Positions 56,567-64,000 of a stretch of 64,000 bases of DNA are shown here, piece after piece. The DNA is from Mayamaea pseudoterrestris. Lineage: Eukaryota. The stretch's first letter is position 1. Every line of letters begins with the position of its first letter. The DNA lies in assembly GCA_027923505.1 (NCBI GenBank), contig BROI01000002.1, forward strand, positions 1,054,001-1,118,000. The letters are read 5' to 3'. The notes below the pieces were generated by a model, which made no database searches, was not told the DNA's origin, and saw nothing but the letters and a program-made list of their open reading frames with translations. The position numbers and the translations under genes were made by a program.

Positions 56567-56793
56567 ACTCAGACCACACCCATCGACAGACGAAAGTGTA
56601 CCATGCCAATCGCATTCATCCACATTGGTAGCACGGTGCCATGGTGATTACAAAGCGCCTGTTCGTGCGCCAACAAGTGGGCCAGCAGCTTGCCGCGCGC
56701 GCTGGTGCTCAATCCACATTTCCTCCGCGCGAACTCAGACCACACCCATCGACAATCGAACGTGTACCATGCCAGTCGCATTTATTTACAATG
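56567..56793. repeat. Direct repeat, 61 bp x2 (56567-56627 and 56733-56793)
   Basis: ACTCAGACCACACCCATCGACA...GTGTACCATGCCARTCGCATT; 8 mismatches in 61 nt by manual alignment. Confidence 0.9.
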
Positions 56794-59317
56794 TCAACGC
56801 TCGCTTGTGTATCTCATGCATGGCATGGTATTAATCAAAAGTAGTATCGCATCGCTTTGTGTTGCAGACCAACTACCAGTATTGTTTGAACAAAGACAAG
56901 TGTCGAGCAATGGACTCCTGCCTCATCACAAAAAAATACTCTGATCGCGCGGCTAAAATCAAATAAATAGGCCGTCGGCCAACGTTGATCCTCTCACGAC
57001 ACATATTCTATGCCAATGACTAGTAAGGTATCAGTGGAATGGCAAGACGGGCGAGTTTCCATCCAAACCTGCTGACGCACCTTCTGCAGGGTGCGTGCAT
57101 AAGCGTGACAGTGCAGCCTCTTCTACTGCAGCGCCAAGCTCCTCTATAAGAATCGCTTCCAGACTAACGTACGTAATCCACCTTTATCCTGCCCTTGTGC
57201 ACGCGGCTACGGCACCGTCACGCCATCACGGAGTCTAGGCGCATAAATACCAGCCACTTTGTAAGTAGTGCGTGCCTCGCCTATCCAAACTACACGCACC
57301 TGATTCTTGGAGACGTTTCCATCATCAACTTGAAGAATGAATGTCTTAGCAAGTCAAAATTTGTTCCGAGATCGACAGTTTGATTTATCATTGACAATGG
57401 GTACGCATCATTCGTTCGGCCGTTTGCTGAAATGGTATGCCAATGCTGCAGCTCCTTGCCAAAACTCATCATTCGCGACAAGCGCTGAGCGTCTGAATGA
57501 TTGCATCTGTTGACTGCCGACGTCTTGCCTTTTCACAGGAGCCTGCTCGTAGCAGCAATCCATCTGTTCATCATTGCATTAGGACCGCAGCAACAAAATT
57601 TCAAAGCGCCGCCATCAAGATCCTTGACGCGCGGCGACACCGCCACAGTTCATTGGTTTGTCCGCGACTGAGCGATTTTGCTTAGCGAACACTATACCGA
57701 TGCGTTCTTCTCGCAGTCGAGGAGGCGCCGCAGCTGTAGCTTGATACTGCCATCCAATAGTGCCAGCAAACATATTACCTCCTCGGAAGACTTGGCAATC
57801 CAACCATGACACCGAACTTGGGAAAATTTGGTGGACAGCATAAATCAATCCAGCACAAAACGGCGTGGTTGTATTATATGCGTCGGCATCACATGTAGGT
57901 GTCACGACATCATATCGGACCCATCGCGCTACACGCATGAATGCCGCAACCATGTACGGTCAATGTTCGAGACCTTAAAAGTTTCGTAATAAGTACGTCA
58001 AGTGTTTCCGTCAAACATTTTACGGACGGCCGTCGCGTCGTCGGAGTCCTTGAATTCTTAGGACAACGGAGCCTTTACGTCAATTATTCATTGTTCAGTT
58101 TTCAGTCTGCGAAGCGGCGTCCATTTTGCACTCAAGCTAGCGAAGAACGTGAAACGTGAACTTAAATATAGTTGGACGTGAAGAATCAAGTGGTTTCCTT
58201 GCTCATTACGCGATGCTGCTCAATCCATTCTCCGCTTGCATCAAACGCCTTGGCATGAGCTCATGAGCTGATTCGGTCGCACCCGTCGAGGTACTGCGTC
58301 GTGTCGTAACAGTCCAATGTTTTGTGTCGAAAATCACTCCCTTTTGACTTTCCTGACAGCTGGGACGACGTAAACGAAATTAGTTGATTGTCGTTTGCCA
58401 TTGCCCATCAAGTTGACAGGTCGGGTGAAATGTCCCTCGCGGCGACAGCCGGTACACAAGACTGCTGTTGTAGCTGCTGCAGCAGCAGCAGCGGGCCTCC
58501 GTTAATGGCAGCTTCAAGTCTTGCTTCTATTTACTAAAAAACGTCTTCATAGAGAGTCAGCCAAATTCCAAATTGCAGGGCCATTAATTCTTTGAGTCGC
58601 AGCGCGCATATTAGCAACCACAATGCAGGATGATGACCTTTCCTGCGTCGGTCAAGTACTAGTCAGTCGTCTCGCCTTCAATTTGGTAGGAGTAGAAAGG
58701 TATAAACGTCCGAAAGGTGGAGCATCACTTTGTGCGGCGTTTGCTTCATGGTTTAGGTTCGTCGAGTGGTAGCGGCTGTCGCACCGCAACCTCAGCTAAC
58801 ATCGACTGCCCTATTCTACCCATCCATTTCTGTCCTCGTTGCTTTGGGCTACGTGCAAATACATATCAGAGTGCGACTCAACCAATATGATGTCAATGCT
58901 AAACTTGATTGCCTACAGGTGACTACTGGTGGATCCGTGGCACGGCGGATGAAACGGCGCGTGGCGCCAGCTATCAGTAGCTAAGCTTCCTCTCCAAGAC
59001 ATACAAAAATGGCCAAAATAGGGCATGCTTTTGTGTGTGCATGCCGGTAACTGATTTGTCTAGATGCATCATCAGGCTGCAGACGACTTGCGAAGAACCG
59101 CGATGCATTCCAGTTGAAATTTATACATATCTGTTTGGTAATTGATCGCCGTATGTAGAGTATAATGTATGAGGAATCGGCTCAATCCACAATCATGGAC
59201 GATAAAGGTTTTGATACAAGGATAGATTTATTTCTCTTTACAGCGTAGCTTCACTGGAAATGCATACACAGGCCTCAGTTGCAGATCATTCGTATAATAT
59301 ATATACGCTCGCTACGA

Positions 59318-61171
59318 TTACTTTCCAAACTTGATCACATTCACAATGCCCTTGACCTTTTGCCATAAACTCTCGCTATACAAAATCTGCACAAGCGCGG
59401 ACGCAAATGGAAAGCCTTTGGTTTTGTCAATCGGATAGTCAATGGGTGATGGAATCGAAGTTCTCACACCAGGAATTCGATCCGTCAATATGGATCGCTC
59501 CAAGCACAAAGCCCGCAAGCCTTCAACGCCACCGAATCGGCCAAATCCAGACTGTCCGACTCCACCAAACGGAAGACTTTGGACCAAATAATTGGATCCG
59601 AAGTCGTTGATGCAGCACATACCGGATCGTATTTTAAGACCGAGAGCCAGCCCACGCTTTTGATCGCCACAGTAAACGGATGAACCAAGGCCAAACTCGG
59701 AATCGTTAACCAGTTCAAGGCAAACCTCGTCGCTGTCACCAACCACCTTGACAATGGTCATGACGGGTCCAAACACTTCTTCCTGGTAGATGCGCATCTT
59801 TGGCGTGACATCAGCAAGAACTGTCGGCGGATAAAACTGACCATTGTCATTGCTGCTCTTGTCGATGCTGCCCCCGACAAGCACACGAGCACCCATCTTG
59901 ACCGCATCATCCACCAACGCTTGAATATGATTTAGCTGCGTTGCCATTACCATGGATCCACAATCAACGCTGCCATCCGAACCGCAGGCTGCCAATGGAA
60001 CTCCCTGTCTCAGCGCCTTGACCTTGCTAGTGACAGCATCAATAAACTCGTCGTACAAGCTTTCATAAACCAAGACGCGCTCAATTCCAACACAATTTTG
60101 GCCACAGTTTTGAAAGCATCCACGCATGACCCATGGCACCACGTCCGCTAACTTGCAGTCGTCCATGATAACCATGGCATCCTTGCCGCCGAGTTCCAAA
60201 ATGACTGGTGTCAATGTTTCGCTGCAAGTTTTCATGACAAGTTTGCCAATGGCCGGTGAACCAGTGAAGATGAGCTTGTCGACCAATTTGCAGCGACAAA
60301 GTGCTTCACCAGCTTCCGGTCCCCCCGTAACGGTTTGCACCAAATCTGGATCGTGTCCGTTTACAATCAATGCTTGCTGCACCAGTCGGGTAAAGAGATT
60401 AGCGCTGGACCAGCTCGTGTGTTCACTGACTTTGGAAACCAAGGCATTACCCGAAAGCAAGGCACTGACGACGTGGTTCATCATGTTGTGAAACGGATAG
60501 TTCCATGGAGCGATGGTAGCTATTAATCCCAATGGAACGTATTCTACCATGGCCGTCTTGTGCGCCATAATTAAACCAACTGGACGCGATTCCGGTTGCA
60601 GCCAAAGTTCGCCCCAGTAAACCAGGCAACGAATCTTTTCGCAGGTAGTCAACACCTCACCCAGCAAAGCATCGACGGGTGGCTTGCCGGAATCGCGAGC
60701 CGACACACGACAAACTTCGGTCGTGTGTTGAACAATGTAGGCTTGCAGCGTGCGTAGTACTAATCGACGCTGGGCAAAGGTGGTTTGGCTCCAAGCGACT
60801 TGAGCGTTCTTGGCCTTGCGGCAAGCGTCTTCCACTTGCTCAGGAGTCATGCGAGGAACCATTCCAAGCAGCTGACGCGTCGATGGATCATAGCAATGAA
60901 TCACGTTTGGTTGATTCGCTTTGAAAATGCTTGTATCGTCAGAAGGTTCGCCAGAAACGCCATCATCCGTTGCTTCCGAAGGTTCCAAAGCAACTTTGAG
61001 GATTGGAACGCTGCGATGAGTGATTAACAACTCGAAATAGATCCTGATCCAGTAAAATACATTGTAGGACAGTAGCTGCTGCACCAAGAGCCAAGAAACA
61101 ACGACGAGAAAGAGCGTGAAGGTCGTTGGACTCGTCACCAAGTGCGTGGCGAGAGCGTCGGACAAAGTCAT
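59318..61171 (-). CDS. Aldehyde dehydrogenase, ALDH22/MSC7-like, N-terminally membrane anchored
   Basis: N-terminal TM, CYDPST, DSGKPPVDALLGEVLTTCEK, APWNYPFHN, KVSEH, FTGSPAIG, LELGGKD, FQNCGQNCVGIER, EEVFGP, LPFGGVGQSGFGRFGGVEGLR. Confidence 0.93.
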   Translation of the reverse strand: MTLSDALATHLVTSPTTFTLFLVVVSWLLVQQLLSYNVFYWIRIYFELLITHRSVPILKVALEPSEATDDGVSGEPSDDTSIFKANQPNVIHCYDPSTRQLLGMVPRMTPEQVEDACRKAKNAQVAWSQTTFAQRRLVLRTLQAYIVQHTTEVCRVSARDSGKPPVDALLGEVLTTCEKIRCLVYWGELWLQPESRPVGLIMAHKTAMVEYVPLGLIATIAPWNYPFHNMMNHVVSALLSGNALVSKVSEHTSWSSANLFTRLVQQALIVNGHDPDLVQTVTGGPEAGEALCRCKLVDKLIFTGSPAIGKLVMKTCSETLTPVILELGGKDAMVIMDDCKLADVVPWVMRGCFQNCGQNCVGIERVLVYESLYDEFIDAVTSKVKALRQGVPLAACGSDGSVDCGSMVMATQLNHIQALVDDAVKMGARVLVGGSIDKSSNDNGQFYPPTVLADVTPKMRIYQEEVFGPVMTIVKVVGDSDEVCLELVNDSEFGLGSSVYCGDQKRGLALGLKIRSGMCCINDFGSNYLVQSLPFGGVGQSGFGRFGGVEGLRALCLERSILTDRIPGVRTSIPSPIDYPIDKTKGFPFASALVQILYSESLWQKVKGIVNVIKFGK

Positions 61172-61435
61172 ACTTGCAAGCTTGCTAAGTGAATAGAACA
61201 AAGCAAGTAATCAATCTGTTCAAACAGACTCTGTTCTTTAAATGCTACTCGAGTATAGCTACTTGTAAAGAGTGGTCAAGAGAGTCGGCCAAGGTGCCCT
61301 CGCTCGTCCAATTGCATGGATGATCATGGCCGAGCGAGTGGTCAATCATGACAGTACAGCTGACAGTGCTATTTGAACCATAGTAACTTTTCTTTGATAT
61401 TTCACAGCTTCTGGTGTACTGTTTAGCTCAGAGTA

Positions 61436-61572
61436 CCAAAAACTTTGATTTTTATCAAAGTTTTTGGACTACACTCTATCGCATAGTGCCAATTACTTTG
61501 ATTTTCAAAGTTTTTGGCACTACTCTTTATTGTACAGTGCCAATAACTTTGACAAAAATCAAAGTTATTGGC
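61436..61572. repeat. Array of three homologous AT-rich palindromes (hairpins) spaced 53 and 51 bp
   Basis: CCAAAAACTTTGAT-tttt-ATCAAAGTTTTTGG (61436-61467); TAGTGCCAATTACTTTGA-ttt-TCAAAGTTTTTGGCACTA (61484-61522); GCCAATAACTTTGA-caaaaa-TCAAAGTTATTGGC (61539-61572). Confidence 0.93.
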
Positions 61573-61839
61573 TTTCTGTCTGACGTATACTACTCGAAGC
61601 CAAAATTGTCATTGACGTTTTAGAGTTCGCTTTTGCTGTTTGGTGATTTGCGAGCGAGCGAGCGAGTGTCACCATGGCGTGGTGAACAACCTTCGCCCTT
61701 CGCTGCCCGCAAAACCGCAGACTACTGTAGCCGAAAATTTGAAGTGAATGTGATCATTGAGGCTACGGAGTCTTGATATTCCAATCTCATTGACATTGCG
61801 AACAAATCTACTGTCGCAGAGTATCTTTCAGAGCTCAAA

Positions 61840-64000
61840 ATGAACAGATCAAGAAGCAGTGCGGCGAACGAACAGCAACGACGCAGCAACCTTCACAATG
61901 ACGACTGCTTGGAGTTTTTCGCCAGCGATGACGATGACGAGAAGAAGGATGAATCGTTATCGTATAGTAGCACGAGCAGTAACATGAGCTTGCATAGGTC
62001 GAGTCAAGAAACGATGGCGAGTACTGCCGATGGCAGCAACAACTCGTCGTCGCCAGACAATTGTCAAGCACGACGAGAAACAGCAACGTTACCTTCGAGC
62101 AGCAGCATCAGTACCTCCTCGCCATCAACGAGCAGTAAAGGTCAAGTCGAATTGAAGGAACAGATGTTCAAGGCTCGGGAGCAATCTTTTTCAGTGTCGA
62201 GCCAAGCGGAGGATGGTTCGGCTGCATCGCAAAGCGCCACCAACTCAGCTTCTCTGACAATAAGGAGAGGCTTGAATGAGCCTTTGGAAAGCAGCATTAC
62301 AGACGAGCAATTGCAGCTAGCTAGTCGAGGAAACAGCAATCAACAAAGCGAAGACGACAGTCAACATTCAAGGTCGTCGCTCATACAAGGCAGACATGTG
62401 CGATTCAGTCAAGACAGCAGCAAGCTTGAAGATTGTAGCCAGGAGAGCCATTCTAGCAGTATGAGTAAAAATGGAAGCGAGTCTACTAGTCGAGGAAGCA
62501 GACGCGACGGTTGCAGTCAGAGTCCTGCGACTCATTCCAGTCAAGTCTTTCCAGCCTCCAGGCGCACCAGCAGCAGTCAATCTACTAATGCATCGATGAC
62601 TAGCTCTGCGTCGTCACTGCAATTGGCAAATACACAAAAGAATGTACCATGTCCTGCATTCATGGGCAATGCCGTATATGGTGCGGCACGCACGCCGTCG
62701 GCTCGAGCAAAACTCAAAGAAATACAGCAAGAGCAGGAGCGAATGCATCGAAAACAAGACGAGCAAGAATCATCTTTGGCCGACGAGACATTAGCATCAA
62801 TCAAAGCAAGGACGGATGCAGCAGCAGCCGCTTCGTCAACCCTTCCAATTTCAAGGGCGGGTCGACCACCTCGTCCGCCAGGATTGGCCAAGGCTTTAGC
62901 AACGTCTTCAGTTACACAAACAAGTCCGAGCACGTCCGCCACCTCTCGCAAACGCAAGATTCGGTTGTTTCCAACAGAGCAGCTGCCGCCTCGAGTGCAT
63001 CAAATGCCCTCAACACATTATTTTCGTAGCATGCGCGCCGCCCAGCGAGCTGGCTCCTTTGAACTGCTTCGCGACGATGTAAGCGACATGATTGACACGA
63101 TTGTTTCATGCAGCGCCAGCTTGACCGATATCACGGTTTCTTTGACGACTCGCCGAAAATTACATGCGCTGAAACAAATGACTGCAGCTGCAACGGATCT
63201 GGCATTACTCGTCTCGAATCAGCAGAATCGCGCATGTCTGCATCGTGATATACGCATCATTGACCAGCTGCTCCAGTCGGTCTTGCCGGCGTTGGCGGAA
63301 ACGCTTGTAGATCAGCAGCAAGGACTTTGCCAGGCAGACGAAAACAAATCTGATTATGGAGACGCTGTTGGCATTGCCTCGCCTGGATCTATAAATGCTG
63401 AGGGCGATGAGTCGTCCACGGACACGAACCTTTTCAAGGAAATCGCCGAACTATACAAGTATACATGTTGTTTACTCCATTTTTTGACATTGGATTGTAC
63501 CTTGTCGCAGTTCAGTGTATCTGGCGATGGGGCTGGTCGGATACGTGATCTTTTTATGAATAATTCCGCCGTCTTGCAGGCAGTGGCCCAAATTGTCAGC
63601 ATTGATCCATTGCTCAGGAGACTACGCGGCAGAACTCGATCAGCATTGTCATCAACTGCCCTGTGTTCGCATGATTGCTCCATGCATATCGGTGGAAGTC
63701 AAGATAGCAATGGGAGTGGCCAGTATAGTCCGACGGCGTCGGCGTCGCCTTCTCCATCAGTGACGTCCTCACAAGCGAGTGACGATCCAACTGTTTCTGG
63801 ACGCATGCGGATTCGCGAACGTAAGCGTCAGCGACTTGAAGGCAGCAAAAGAGATGATTTAGACGACGACTTGAGCTTCAAGTCGGATTCTCCGGCACGC
63901 AGTGTCTCCGAGCTAATTGTGCCGACTCACGAGTCCAAAAACGTCGATACGATCATGATGCGTGTGGAAAGGTCTTTGTCGGTCGTAAGGACTTCCCCAG
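61840..64000 (+). CDS. Large protein, WAPL-like (cohesin release factor) candidate; runs off the window
   Basis: Frame appears open from ATG 61840 to the window end (absent from the ORF track because it has no stop). Ser-rich disordered N-terminus, then STHYFRSMRAAQRAGSFELLRDDVSDMIDTI and helical repeats, reminiscent of the start of the WAPL domain. Confidence 0.55.
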   Translation, partial: MNRSRSSAANEQQRRSNLHNDDCLEFFASDDDDEKKDESLSYSSTSSNMSLHRSSQETMASTADGSNNSSSPDNCQARRETATLPSSSSISTSSPSTSSKGQVELKEQMFKAREQSFSVSSQAEDGSAASQSATNSASLTIRRGLNEPLESSITDEQLQLASRGNSNQQSEDDSQHSRSSLIQGRHVRFSQDSSKLEDCSQESHSSSMSKNGSESTSRGSRRDGCSQSPATHSSQVFPASRRTSSSQSTNASMTSSASSLQLANTQKNVPCPAFMGNAVYGAARTPSARAKLKEIQQEQERMHRKQDEQESSLADETLASIKARTDAAAAASSTLPISRAGRPPRPPGLAKALATSSVTQTSPSTSATSRKRKIRLFPTEQLPPRVHQMPSTHYFRSMRAAQRAGSFELLRDDVSDMIDTIVSCSASLTDITVSLTTRRKLHALKQMTAAATDLALLVSNQQNRACLHRDIRIIDQLLQSVLPALAETLVDQQQGLCQADENKSDYGDAVGIASPGSINAEGDESSTDTNLFKEIAELYKYTCCLLHFLTLDCTLSQFSVSGDGAGRIRDLFMNNSAVLQAVAQIVSIDPLLRRLRGRTRSALSSTALCSHDCSMHIGGSQDSNGSGQYSPTASASPSPSVTSSQASDDPTVSGRMRIRERKRQRLEGSKRDDLDDDLSFKSDSPARSVSELIVPTHESKNVDTIMMRVERSLSVVRTSP

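Noticed and set aside
61436..61572. CRISPR array interpretation of the palindrome triplet
   Set aside because: Eukaryotic context, no cas genes, linkers only about 11-20 nt and partly similar to each other, and the repeats are non-identical full hairpins.

Overview
Gene-dense eukaryotic nuclear DNA of roughly 48-50% GC. Short GT-AG introns (about 75-240 bp), head-to-head gene pairs, signal-peptide/'AF' plastid-type presequences and an RXL/KXXK secreted protein point to a diatom, probably a pennate; the species cannot be determined from sequence alone. About 30 genes are supportable. Recognisable ones are a CK1/TTBK-type kinase, RlmI-like methyltransferase, fumarase, ornithine aminotransferase, CK2 beta, ecdysoneless/SGT1, p24 cargo receptor, aspartyl aminopeptidase, SV2-like MFS transporter, UVR coiled-coil protein, MEMO1, IMP4, TRM8, a LOV-only protein, FadE-type acyl-CoA dehydrogenase, a mitochondrial carrier, a CMP-kinase-like P-loop protein, MetAP1, ALDH22/MSC7-like dehydrogenase and a WAPL-like gene running off the end. 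Two accessory or decaying zones (about 16.2-23.0 kb and 55.2-59.1 kb) hold orphan genes, repeats and a frameshifted kinase pseudogene. The most notable observations are an apparently circularly permuted cytidylate kinase (52.0-53.3 kb), an array of three ~52-bp-spaced palindromes in a divergent promoter (61.43-61.57 kb), a nested GC-rich palindrome cluster next to a CpG-decayed duplicate (20.2-21.45 kb), an effector-less LOV protein and a silaffin-like secreted protein. No tRNA, rRNA, CRISPR array or intact transposase was seen. All family calls are by eye from remembered motifs; no searches were run.
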